Shown here in pieces: positions 1-12,839 of a DNA stretch of 64,000 nucleotides. This DNA is from Vicugna vicugna. Taxonomy: Eukaryota. The notes under the pieces were generated by a model. It worked only from the letters and a program-made list of their open reading frames with translations, made no database searches and had not been told where the DNA came from. Positions within the stretch are counted from its first letter, which is position 1. Each line of letters opens with the position of its first letter. The DNA lies in NCBI GenBank assembly GCA_013265495.1, contig MU058059.1, positions 806,001 through 870,000 of the forward strand, read 5' to 3'. The position numbers and the translations under genes are program-made.

Positions 1-3000
1 GGTACCCGACATTCAGAAAGGAAGGCAGTTGGAATGTGCAGAGAAAGGTACTGAGGAAATTGGATAAATGATTTAAAAAATTTTTTTAAATCTCTAACTC
101 CAGATGGAGAAAAAAATGGTGAATGTTTTTTAAAATGAAGAACACATACTGGAAGCACCAGAGTGGATATATATGGCACTGAGGATGGAGACTAAAAGGA
201 AAAAAAGAAAAGAAAAAAGACCCAGGGGGCTCTGGACCAATGACGATGGTGTGTTGTGAACTGAAAAATCAGTTAAACTCAGCTCATTTGAGGTCAAAGA
301 GAAAGAAGGAAGCAAGAGAGAGAGGAATGGAGAATCAAAAATGCATGGTGAATACAGATATATCTGTATCTGGTCTTGGGGAGAAAAAGTCCTTCTAAAA
401 ATAAAAACAAAGACAGAAACCACAAAGAAGAGAGAGAAATTTCACTACACTAAAATAAAATCTTCCGTATGTCAAGAAAAAAACAAATAATTTTCAAACA
501 AAATAAACTAGGAAAAACATTGGCTATATATGTGAAAAGGGATTGATGAACCTTCCTGTGTAAATAGACTTTGCAAATTGATGACAACCTCAATACAAAT
601 AGGAGTTAATTATAATGAACAACCTACAAAAGAAACAGTCATACTGATTAAGCACAAGCATTAGCCTGTGCACCTTCCAATGTGTAAAAATACAAAGAGA
701 AATAAATCCACAACCCAAAAAGAAGAGAAAATGGACAGCATATGGGATTGAGTAGATACAGGAAATCATCAGGAAAAGCTACATCCTGGAATATACTATA
801 AGGGGACCATCAAGAAAGTGGGACTCGGAGAGCAGAGAGACTCTGGGGTCAGAATCCAGATCACTGTGGAGCAAATTCAGAAGTAGGGTTCAACACAGAC
901 AGAATGTGCAAAAACAACAGCAACATGCATTCATTCTCCATCTTCAGCCCCATCTTCATCCAGAATACAACCATGACAGGATGCATCTCTTCCCAGGCAA
1001 AAATAAACCAATAACAACAATAAAGTAATGTCTATTCTCTCCCTCATGTCCACAAAATGGCTGCTGTTGATCCAGGCATCACATCCTCATAAAGCAACAT
1101 CCAGAGGTGGCAAGTGAACTCCTTCTCTCTTGTGACTATTTCTAAGAGTGAGGAATTTTTACTAGATGCCTGCCACCCTTTCTAGCCCCTCCACACACAT
1201 CTCAACCAGCAAGATTTCTTTCTTATCTATTTGGTCTTATCACCACCCTGAACCAATCACTGGCAATAGGAATAAAAGCATCATTACAGCCTAAACTAGT
1301 CCACGTGTATCTGAATCATATGGGTGAAATGTAGAAACCGGGACAAAATCAGGACTCTTACAGACGGAAGAGTTGCCATTGTCCAGGCAAGCATCAGTGT
1401 CTGTCATATCAAGGCTATTAATTTTGTGGAAATACCAGGCAACATCATCCCATCAAGCATTTATAACACTTGAGTTTACAACAGAAGTAATGTTTTATGG
1501 GGCAGATTCTCATCACCCATTGCCCAACAGTGTTAATAATCACCATGTGACAGGGTTTTCAGTTTTATGACACCATCCCACCTCTACCTTAGGTATTTTA
1601 TTTTTCGCTAATCCCCACTGTAGACTTTTCCCGCCAGTCTACTTAGCACCAGAATACCCATCACATTTATTTTCCCATGACACACAACATACATCAGCCA
1701 AGGCCATCCTCCCCAGGGAATTCGGCAAAGCTGAGCTCCAGGAAGCCAGGCTGAATTGGTATATGAGATGAATTCCCTGGCCTTCTCCACACCAACACCA
1801 TGACCATGGGTCACACTCAGCATGCCCATCACCAACTAATTTGGCAGCTCCAGGCTCCTTCAGAGGGTCTAAAAGACAGATTTGGAAAATTCAGGTAAAC
1901 TAAAAACAAGAAAACACTTCTCTCAATTAATATGTTTCTGAGCAAAAAGATAAAGCTTTATGATAAACTACACACATAATTTTCTAGGAGAGAAATGAGC
2001 ACTCACTCATCAAAACATGTTGATATTAATTACCTACCATTACTGCCAATGCCCAGCAATTAGTTACTCTTCACTTGCAGCCTCTCAGTCCCATACAGGT
2101 CTAAAGTTTTAATCACTGTAACCACTGAAATTTTACATTGGGAAAATGTTACGTCTGCCTGAGAGTTCCTGTAGACCAGTTTTTTGCCCCAAGGTTCCAG
2201 CAGACAACTCAACCAGCTGCAGCTTGGCCAAGCTCAATGGAAAGGTGGTATTTCTAGGGAGAGCCAATGTGTTGATGATGAAATAGGCATCATTAAGAAG
2301 AGGAAGTTTATTTGGGAAAAACCGGTCCAAGGTAGCAAGGCTCCTGCAGTCCCATGTCACCATCTCAGCCTATCGGGGTGGGCTGGGCTGGGGCTTGCAG
2401 GCCCTGGGGTGTGAGGGGAAGGTTTCTGAAATGAACAAGGGCCCAGTAGAGGAGAAAGGTTCCCCCACATCCCAGCCCCCTCCTGACAGCTGAAGCCCAG
2501 GACCACCCTGTACTCCCTAGCCACCACTTTTTCAGGTACAATTTCGTGGCACAATTATATCTTGTATATAAGACTGGTCGCCTTCACACATTTGGGATAT
2601 TTAAAAATATTCTCATTTTTATCAAAAATACTGCCTTTTATGCACTATGTGGCAAAATCTGTAGTATTAGCAATTCTGGCAGAATTTCATCTGATCCTAC
2701 CAACCACAAAATAAAGGCAAAACCCACAACTTCACAACTGAACACAAATATACCACAAGTTATTACCAGAAAAGGCCTACTTCTTTTATAATCAGGTCTA
2801 TCTTTGACTCCACGGATCTCTTGAGACAGAGCATTTATTACTTGTCTTAATTAATTATTTAGAGGTCTATTTCCATGGCTGCCAGCTCTGTAAGTTTCCA
2901 CAGTCTGACCTTAAGTAATAAGCACTCACGATTTTGGTTTCATGACCCCAGTTCTTTCACTGGAAGGCTGGGCAATTACCTCTCGCCATCAAATTCCCTA

Positions 3001-3120
3001 TGTTTAAATTAGGGGTTGGACTAGCAACTCTTAGCATTCTCAGTCTCTGCTAACCAAAGAATTTATACAGTCCCCCAGCACTTTTTACATGATCCAGAAT
3101 AATAATAGCATACGGGGATG

Positions 3121-3230
3121 GGGAGGGGAATAGCTCAGCGGTAGAGTGCATGCTTAGCATGCACAAGGTCCTGGGTTCAATCCCCACTACCTCCATCAAA
3201 AAAATAAAAATAAAAAAACCCCAAAAAACA
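3121..3230 (+). mobile_element. tRNA-Ala-derived SINE (camelid Vic-1 type)
   Basis: GGGAGGGGAATAGCTCAGCGGTAGAG...GGTTCAATCCCC with Pol III A and B boxes and an A-rich tail; AATAGCA on both flanks as a partial TSD. Confidence 0.85.
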
Positions 3231-3304
3231 ATAGCACATATATTAAACAGTTTGTGCTAAACAGTTTATTAACTGACTCCCAAAACCATATCAAATAAGT
3301 AAAA

Positions 3305-3846
3305 GGTTGTGTTTTCCCAAAATGGCCACAACAATATTTTTGGTCCCCCATGTTGCTGAGAACCATGCCATCACTCATTGAGAGATGGGGTCTGTTTTCA
3401 TTCCCCTTGACCTTGTGGGAGGGAGCACGTGTGACTGCCTCAATTATCAGAATATAGGAGAGGGAAAGGCATGACTTCCAAGGATAGGTGATACTCGATC
3501 TACCTGGCTTTTTCTCCCATGGGGTGCTCACCGTGGAATCCAGTTGCCAGGCTGTTCGGAGACCCAGGCCACGTGGGGAGGCCACATACAGGAGTTCCAA
3601 CCACAGCACTCAGCAAAGATCTTAGCTGCCAGCCAGCATCAACCACCACTCATGGATGTAAACGTGACTGCAGATAACTCCAGTCCCCAGAATTCAAGCT
3701 CTCCCAGCTAATGCCAGTAGAGCAGAGACAAGCTATCTCTGCTAAGTGTCCCTCTCCAAATTGAAGATTCATGACCCAAATGAATAGCATCCTGTTATTA
3801 ACCCACTACGTGTTGTGGTGGTTTGTTATGCAGTAATAACTAGAAA
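3305..3846 (+). mobile_element. MaLR solo LTR remnant (MLT1-like)
   Basis: Typical MLT1 5' (CCCAAAATGGCCAC) and 3' (CCACTACGTGTTGTGGTGGTTTGTTATGCAGTAATAACTAGAA) motifs; boundaries approximate. Confidence 0.65.
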
Positions 3847-3849
3847 AAG

Positions 3850-4000
3850 GTTGTTAGTATTTCATCTTCATTTTACACGTCAGGAAACAAGCAAAAAAAA
3901 AAAAAGACTACATAAATTGCCCAATATCATACAGCTTGAAGGCAGAATTTGAACCCAGGCAGACTGACACCCAGGTTGGGCTCTTAGGCAGTGTGCCATA
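3850..4000 (+). mobile_element. MIR SINE fragment
   Basis: CATTTTACAC...GAAAC...TTGCCCAA...GAATTTGAACCCAGGCAGACTGAC core; boundaries approximate. Confidence 0.55.
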
Positions 4001-5640
4001 TACTGACTTAATAAGGAATTACTGAAAGAATGGTTAGTCCCTGACTCACAGCCCTACTTATTCCCTGTGATATTTCACAGTACATCTCATCTGACCAAAT
4101 TAATAGATTTTACATAATTTTAATATAATTATATGTATTTCCCCCCAAGAAATCAAGTTACCAAAGGCTAAGATGATTCATAACATTTTAGGGGAGGAAA
4201 AAAACAAAACTCTACATCAAAGAAGAGTTTTTCTTGGTCTCTTCCATTTATACTTCCCAAGAATATGAGAAATTGAATTTTTACTGCTTGGAGAAGCAAT
4301 TTCTAAGGTGCCTGACGCAGTTCATTTATACCAAATCTATAAAACTCTCTCTGAGGAACATATTAAGACTATGAAGAACAGGGTCCTGCCAATGAAGAAA
4401 AGAGTTACGATGGGAGGAAACAGGGGTGGGACCTAGATTAAACACTTTTTGTTTTAAAGTTTATAGCATAATCAGATATTTTGAAGCCAGATAAATGATT
4501 TGGTGACAAGTCTTACTTAAACATTTGTCTGAGTTACAATGCATGAGGAAAGTTTCATTTCACAACTGGTTAAAAATTATTTAATCATCCAGATCCTGCA
4601 AGTTGACATTGTAATGTGCAAAATAAGGAGCGTAAGAGAACCAGCCTAATCATTACTAACCATGGAAATGCTCAGATCCTCTCTCCCAGGAGAACTTGCT
4701 TTGACTGACCATACACTGCTGCATAATATACGTGAATTTCCTGCGGACCCAGTGAACACATTTGCTGAGAGCCTTTTGTGAGATTAAACAAAAAGTTTTA
4801 AATATCAAATCATGGCGCATTGTGGGGTTTTTTTTGGTGTGTGTGTATGTTGTACTGTATTTTGTAGCATTCTCAACTTCCGTATATTTTTTGTTTTCCA
4901 AATCATTGGTTCAAGATACTGACATTTTCTCCACATCCAAGAAGGACAGCCATCAGTGACATAAATGCCCAACAAAGGCAGCTGGCAACTCGACTGTGAG
5001 CCAAAATAGAAATGAGGGGCTGGCTTGGGTTCTATTCTAATTGGAATAAAATCATGTCCTTTCTTTTGACGGAGAAAACAGAGTAAAGACAGCAGGCAGT
5101 TGTTTTTCAGTCTCTATACCCAAGCACGACAAGCCCCCCAAGGGCAGGGGTCACGTCTGTTTTGCAGGAGCCCAGGTCTAGAACATAAATGATTAATTAA
5201 TGTGAACCAAGCTCTGGGAATTCAGAGAAGCTTCAAGGAATTGCCTTCAACTAAGCCCTGGACCACACCAGCGGCGGTGGGCAGCAGCAGTAAGTGCCAC
5301 TCAGGCACCTGGCACCTGTCAGCCTGGCCCAACCTTGGTATCATCCCCACCCCCGCCATCTGCTGCATGTGGTTAGAGACCTAGAAATGGAATTCCAGCC
5401 AGATAAGGGGGCAGGGGATGAATTCTGGGCTGTCTGGGATCTTTGCTTGCCCATCCTAGCCCTCTTCCTGGCACATGAAAGCAACAATCCAAGAAAGATG
5501 CTCGGAGCACTTGCCCTGGAGCCCACCCCACCCCACCCCACCTCCCCCACCTGCCTTGTTCTTCCCAGACCTGCTCTCTGCTCCCTGCCCTACCTTCTCT
5601 GGCTGCCTAAGCCAGCTTTTTTCTTCCACAAACATTTTTT

Positions 5641-5758
5641 TCCCTCTTTTTCAGGAGTGGACATAGTTATTTATTTATTTTTAGAGGAGGTAGGGGATTG
5701 AACCAAGACCTTATGAATGTTAAGCATGCGCTCTACCACTTGAGCTATCTCCTCCCCC
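5641..5758 (-). mobile_element. tRNA-derived SINE (Vic-1 type) with TSD
   Basis: Reverse-complement SINE body flanked by CACAAACATTTTTT at 5627-5640 and 5759-5772. Confidence 0.85.
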
Positions 5759-6442
5759 CACAAACATTTTTTTACCTTGTAGATTAGTTGCAATAGTGCT
5801 GCGGATTCGTATTGGAGACGACCCGGCCTGGCCTATGATGACCCCAGGAACCATCGTAAAAAGAAGGCCAAGCTCTTGGGGGCTGCCTGTCCTGTGTGAG
5901 CAGCTGTGCTCATGAGGATTCCCTTTCAAGGAAGCACTGCCTACAGGGACCCTGAGGTCCACGTTCCACCTCCAGGAGTGGTCAAGACCCACCACCTTGG
6001 AGAACCTGTCCACCCTTACCAGGACAAACTGACAGCAAAACGTAGTGAGCAAAACTGCCCAGATGAAGCACTGAGGGCTCCAACTACCGCAGAGTAAACA
6101 GTCCCTCCCCTCTAAGAGCAGGAAGTGGTGGTTTCTGGTGGAGTGACCGTGACATTGCGGAACACAGAGCAGAACCCACCACGGGAACAACTCTATGGAA
6201 AAAGAGAGAACCGGCCTTGTGCGCACTACTCAGATGCTCTTCAGAGACAGTGCCTTCAATGTGAGAGGCGGTCCTGGGTACCACAAGATATGTAGCTGCA
6301 TACCTAGCCACTAGGGGCTAGATGCCAGGAGCCGAGGCCAGCTACGTGGGCGTGTGACTGGTGCAGACAGCCAGAGCCCCACAACCAGGAGGATCCTGTG
6401 CTTGATCTAATGCTCTGCCGTTGCCATCTTGGAATTCTTTTT

Positions 6443-6610
6443 TTGTTTTCCCAAATATTTTAAAATTTTATTTATTTTGTTTGTTTGTTTTGTTTGAGGG
6501 GGAGTAATAGATTTTTGTTTATTTCTTTTTAAATGGAGGTACTGGGGATTGAAGCCAGGACCTCATGCTTGCTAAGCATGCGTTCTACCACTGAGCTATA
6601 TCCTCCTCCC
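6443..6610 (-). mobile_element. tRNA-derived SINE (Vic-1 type) with TSD
   Basis: Reverse SINE body; TSD CTTGGAATTCTTTTT at 6428-6442 and 6611-6625. Confidence 0.85.
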
Positions 6611-7272
6611 CTTGGAATTCTTTTTAATCTTATCTTTGAACTTGAGTTTTGTAAGCGAAGTTCGATGGGATGATGGAACAGGGGTCTGCAGAGAGGAGAT
6701 AAGGGCAGGTGTCACTTCTCACTGGCCCCCACACATATGCATACAGCTTTAGTGACGCCCCATGAGCACAGAATTCCAGTGGCTCATGACGTGTGTGAGT
6801 TCAGTGATGCTCAAAGCAGGTACAAGGTGTGTTATGTCTACAGCTGAGTGAGGGGTGGGGGGAGGCCACACGTGCTGTTAGAACCATAGCTTCCTCAGAA
6901 CACAGAAAGGAGGCAAAGACATTCTAAGAAACATGAACGACCAAGGGACCCTCTCATACTCTTTCTTGTTCTTGTTCCCCCGCCTTAGTCAGCAACCTGT
7001 GCTGAAAATAGTGGCACAGAAGGAAAGGGAAACATAGGATGATTTTCAGTTCCTTTTTTTCAGTCCTTCCTGCCCCATCAGTAAGCCTAGAGCAGAGCAC
7101 GTTGGGAGAACAGGTGCACATCATGAAGTGAAATAAAAACAGTCCATTAAGTTTTGTGCAGAAATGTGTTACAGTCAGAAATATATATGCACATACACGC
7201 TACAAAATTCAAGTTGTATAATTTCATAGATTTGGCAGACAAGTTATATTTGTATTTAAATCTAGTAGTGCA

Positions 7273-7411
7273 GGAGGGGAGGGTATAGCTCAGTGGTAGA
7301 GTGTGTGCTTAGCATGCACGAAGTCCTGGGTTCAATTCCCAGTACCTCCATTAAAAAATAGTAATAAATAAATAAACTTAATTACCCCCCCCAAAAAAAC
7401 CCTAGTTAAAA
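7273..7411 (+). mobile_element. tRNA-derived SINE (Vic-1 type) with TSD
   Basis: GGGGAGGGTATAGCTCAGTGGTAGAG...GGTTCAATTCCCAGTACCTCC; TSD CTAGTAGTGCA at 7262-7272 and 7412-7422. Confidence 0.88.
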
Positions 7412-10400
7412 CTAGTAGTGCATGGTTTGAAGATGAATGGTACAATTCATACTAATCATTTAAATTTTTAATTTTTCTTAGGAAGATATTAAATAGACAA
7501 TTAAAAACAGCCTTACTAACTGAGGGGGGAGTGGGAGGAGAAGGAAGGGGGACCAAATAGGAAAGGTAAAAGCTTTCATCCCAAAGTCCTCAGTGACATT
7601 TTGTCCTGCTTTTCAAACCAGGGGCCCCACATTTCTATCTTGCACTGTGCCCTGCAAATTCTGTAGCTGGCTTGACCAGTAACACCCCTCAGTCTGACAA
7701 GTAAAAATGTCTCCACGCCTTATCCTGTGCCCCCTTGGAGAAGGAGGAGAGGACAAAACTGCCCCGGGTTGAGAACCACAGCCCTAGACAGTAAAGCCTG
7801 CCGGTGCTAGTGTCTTCAGTTTGGGAGACTCCGTAGAATCCAAGTGCTGTGACAAAACACTAACATGTAAGACCCTGCCCTGAATGTTTGGTGCCTCCCA
7901 GGTTTTTCCATTTCAGGACACTGTAACATAGAGAAGGGTGAGACATAGCTTTTTTTTTGTATAAGAGAGAAGGGCAATCATAAAAGTGGTGGCAACACAG
8001 TGGACCCTGCAGACCACAGGTGGTTTCTCCAGCAAATCAATTTTAAGACATTTAAAATAATGACATAGAAACCAATTCCCTTAAAACATGCTCTGCAGCC
8101 ATGAACCCCCTGGAAGGTCTTCATGTTCTTCCCAAAGTATATACAGTTCCACACAGAGACCAGCTGAGGTTTTAGGGTGTGTGGGTCTCGGGGAGGCAGC
8201 AAAACACAGCAATTCCCAAAGGCCAGGCCCCAGCGGGCACCTCAGCTAGCTCAGTGGCAGCAGTGGGCTTGTAAAAGGGTGTTACACGCTTAACGATACC
8301 ATGGGACTTTTTTTCTTATAGATTCATGCAAGGTGAGCCTCTAGTTAAGGTTAAAATTTTTAAATAAAAATTATAACTCAAATTTTTGTTTGATGCAGAC
8401 TCTTGAGTATATTCTAAAATAATTTCTCTATAAACCATTATTTTGACCCTACATGACAAAAGGGGTTATTATCACTACTCCATTACTAGGTAAATGGAGG
8501 TTCTGAAAGACTAAGTAACTTTCCCAAATCACAGGGTAGGTATGCAGAAAGTCCTGGTATTAAAGCCAACCTTCTGATTCCAAGCCATGCAGTGTTTTCT
8601 AAAGCCATGCTGCCTGTATATATCATACGTTAACTTTGAAAACACTTTAAAAATTTTTTTGAAGAAAAATCATTTTGAACAGTAAATATATATAATCACA
8701 TTAATAGTATTATAACAAAAATTTTTTTTCACTCAGTTCAATCCCAGGATTCCCAAAACCAAGTGGGACACTCAGCATATTAAATAGCATTAAACATTTG
8801 TTTTCAGACTCATGCCCTGTACGTAATACTCTCTATATAATAAATATACTCTCTTATTTTTTCAAATGTAAATTGCTTCTAAGTTAAATTATAAAATGAA
8901 AATATATCTTAAGCCTGAGGGAAAACGCATTTGATAATATACTTATCTGGATTCTTCTGTATTTGAAATGTGAACTGTTATGCCCTTCCGAAATGTGAAA
9001 CCGCGAAAAATGACCCTGTTTCCCCATTTGACCCAGACCACTGTGGGAACACCAAAAGCTACTTAGAACATCACTGCGGAGGATACAGAACTGACGTGGC
9101 TGGGTGGAATCCCTGGCATACATGTGAGTTCTGCCTTATTCCTTCTTCACTTGCAGCTCCACACCCATCTGAGAGTCATGCCCGTGAGCAAACCACTGGA
9201 TAAGACGGATCTCATCCCAAAGTCCTCAGTGCAAATCCCTGGTTGCTGCCCCTCTAGGTCTTTATGCTCCGCATGGGAGAAGCTGCTAACCTGGCTTTGA
9301 CTCCGAGCCTTACCAAGGTGGGACTTGTCCACCCATGGGTGTACGGCCCCTCCTGCTAACTGACATGTGACCCTGCTTTTCTGACTGCTGTGATCATTCA
9401 GTGATTAATTTCTCACCGGGAACAAGTGGGACAAGGCCACTCCCAGTATCTAACATCCTACAGTCCTACCAATGACCAGAAGAGGTGCCTTCCTTCCACC
9501 AGAGCAGGGCCTGGCTGAAAAGCCCCTACTGTGGGCAGCAGAGTTAGACTTTTCTCTTGCCTTTTACTTTAATGGGACGACTATGAAGGGAAAAGAAAGA
9601 TGACCATTAACTCATTCGTTCATTCATTTATCCAGCACATACCAGCTTATACAGGCCTCAGTCTGAGAAGAGAAGACACATGAGGAACAGGAGTGAAGAG
9701 TCAGGCAAGCTGCCTGCCTGGTGCGCCTGCCCTTTGAAGTTAGATCACTGGTCCTCAGCCCAAATGCACAAGCAACCACCTGGAGAACCTCTTCTTGAAC
9801 ACTTCTGCTTCTGTGCACTTCTGTGTACTCAAGTCCTAGTGTCCACCCCCTAGGAGAGTGTCTGGCTCAGAGAAGACAGGCAGTGAAGGTTTGTCAAATA
9901 AATAAATGAAATTATCTAAAAGCATTACCCCCCCACTCAGCTATCTATGGCCTTTCTGACACCCCCAGCTCCCTTCCCACCAAGGCTGCTATCCCTCCTT
10001 CCCCCAGCCCAGGTTGCAAGTGACTCCCACTAAGAGCTCTGCTCTGGTGAAGGTGTTGGGAGGAGGAGAGGTCATACCTGTTCTTTTTCCTGAGCTCCAT
10101 TCTCAAGACTGAGACCTCCACCCTACTAGCATTGCCCCGAAGGCACAAGAAAGATGGCATGATAAATGAAGCTTTCAAGGCTGTCCTTCTAAACAGAAGT
10201 TATTTTTAGAGCAAAGCAACCATTATGTATTGACTTGTACAGCATGGCCTGATTAAGTGGTGAAAAAGTCCACAATTTTTAAAGGAAAAGAATCATCTCT
10301 TCTGATGATTCAGATTGCAATTAAGCCCATAGAGAACTTCACTCTAAATTCCCTGGTTGGGGGTGATCAAAGTCTCATCTATGGTACTGCAATAAAGATA

Positions 10401-12839
10401 CAATTTCATTTTTTATTCTCCCAAAAATGTAAAATTAAAATGGAAGGGCAAAAATAAGTACATAAGAGTGTTACAAATAAATTTCACAGAGAGAAAAATT
10501 AGCAACTTCTGTCAGACAACACAGATGTGGATTCTATAGAGGCCCCCCGTCTCTATACCAGACAGACCCATCATACGCGGTCTATGACAGGTGTCCAGAA
10601 CAGAGACATTACATTCATAATCTGAATGTATTTCTTAAGTACCAGAAGCACGATTTCTCTCATTTTGGAGGGGGAAAAAGTCCACAATTTTTAAAGGAAA
10701 AGGAGAAGGAATTTCAGTTTTATCTACTAATTTCAGCAAGTAGATCATCTGTGACTATTTAGAACATGAAGTAGCACTTTAGCCACAAATTAAAGGAAGG
10801 CAGTTCCTAAGTTTGGCATTTCTTTATAAAAGTTGTGTTTTGCTTTTAAAAAAATGCATATGACATACCTAGCACATAGTAGGTCTTCTACAAATGTAAT
10901 TCTTTTGCATCTTCTTGTATTCAAGTATTCTGACCAACAAATGTCTATGCTAAGAACTAAGATGCTAAATCTCAAAGATGCTGAGGAGGACTATTTAGTA
11001 AACGTTTTGGAAAGAGGTACAGAAAGCACATCACTTAGTCGCACAGCAAGTCAGGGAAACTTTTGAAGAAAAACTCCAACCCTTCTCCTAATCGCTAGCT
11101 AATGACTATGGAGTTGTTGCAACTAATAAACTTTACAGCTTTCTTTCTAAGATTTATGCAGGACCAAAGATCATGTTCAAAAAAAAGTATCTAAGGATAT
11201 GTGCATGGCTATGACATAAGATCACAGAATGGGAACTTGGGTCTCCAGGGGAAAAAAAGGCATAGAGAATATGAAACATACCTCAAATCCCAAAGTACAA
11301 ATGTACCCTAACTAAATAGTTAAATATTAAAATTATAATGCCCTATACTCTTATCAGAAAGTCATCGTTCAGCTTTCAAATTTAGAGATGATTAGAGTGA
11401 TTCAGATCAGCAAGATGGCCATCTGCTTTCAAGCATGCAGCTGCAAGCCTTTAGACAGCAACTTTCTGCGATTTATAACTTATTCATCCGGGGATAAACT
11501 CCAACATCGGCTTTCTCATTAATTCAGCTTGACATAGCATTTTCTTTTAAAGTTTCATGACCTCTACCCAGGTAACACAGTGGATCAGGAAGTCAGGATT
11601 CTTCTACAGAAAGAATCAACTCTATAGCTCCCCAAGACAGAAATCACATACAAGCATTTGTATATAAAACACACCTTATTTGTTACTGCCTTTTAAAACA
11701 GTAACATCAGTCACAGCTACTGTTTAGCCCTCTGTGGGCCAGGCACTGCATCTTTATCTTCATTACCCCTCTGAAAATAGATACTATGATCTTCATTTAA
11801 CAGATGAGCAAATCAGCAAGACTGGATGACTTAGCCAATGCCACTAAGTGTGGACCTGGCAGAGGGGAACTGTTTGTACCCAGGCCTGTCTGTCCCCAAA
11901 CCCCAAGCTTCTGCAGCAACCAACTTTGCCTCATATTTGAGTAGTTACAGAATAACTGAAATAGTCTCATCAGCTTTATAGAGGAGAGACTATGCTTAAC
12001 CCAATGCCATTAATTCTCAACCCAAGAAGTGTTCTTCATGTGACACATAGTGAATATAAATGCTTTAAAAACTATAAAGAAGCACTGTGGAAATTTGTTA
12101 GATCTGTTTATTCTCACGGTCAACTTTTGGCAGTTTTGACTGCCCACTGTTTCACTTTCCATCACCGACAGCAGCCCGAAGATAAACATTCCTGGAATTA
12201 GAAAAGGACAAAGCCCTTTTTGGTGTGGTTGAGAGAGTATGCTGTGTCCTCTAACTTGGAAGAAGAGGCACTCAATATACAGAGATTCTCTCCAAAGGAG
12301 ACCAGTTTTATCTCTTTTCCTTTGTCTCTAACCCTAGTATACAAATTATTTGTTGCTTGCTATTTATTGTTGTATAGAAAATAAGTGTATCCAATGTCAA
12401 ATCTTGGTTCTGAAACATAAAACTGGTCAGGCATTCTAAGCCTTACTTTTGTCATCTATAATAACGAGAATAATGATAACTTTGCTCTATGTCATTTTTT
12501 AAAATGATGTGTAGAAGACAACTGAATGGCATGAAAAGATATTGGTACATTGTGTAAACAATCATGTTCAAAAATAATGTGCATTCAGGACAGAGTTTTG
12601 TTTTAAAAAGTGGGAGAGATATAATTACAGAGACAAAGTCTGAGAAATTGTATATAAAATACTAACAGTTGTTACTGATGGATAATGTGGCTTTTCTTTT
12701 CTTTTTGATTATCTATGCTTATTAAAATTTCTAAAACTGTAACAACAAAAATTTTCAAATGATGAAATATTGTTTAATTTTAAATGATAATGGGGAACTA
12801 GAAAATGCAGTAATTATAGAAGAAAGACATCTAGACAGT

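Larger units (their letters stand above)
6333..7675. mobile_element. hAT-Blackjack-type (BLACKJACK/MER53-like) DNA transposon inserted in a MER20-like element
   Basis: Terminal inverted repeats GCCAGCTAC / GTAGCTGGC; MER53-like ends; degenerate 8-bp TSD CCAGGAGC (6325-6332) / CCAGTAAC (7676-7683); MER20-like sequence resumes at 7676-7781 (...GGTTGAGAACCACAG). Confidence 0.65.

Noticed and set aside
7273..7350. tRNA-Ala gene candidates (also at 3121 and 37555)
   Set aside because: A-rich tails, TSDs, diverged copies and poor acceptor stems identify them as SINEs
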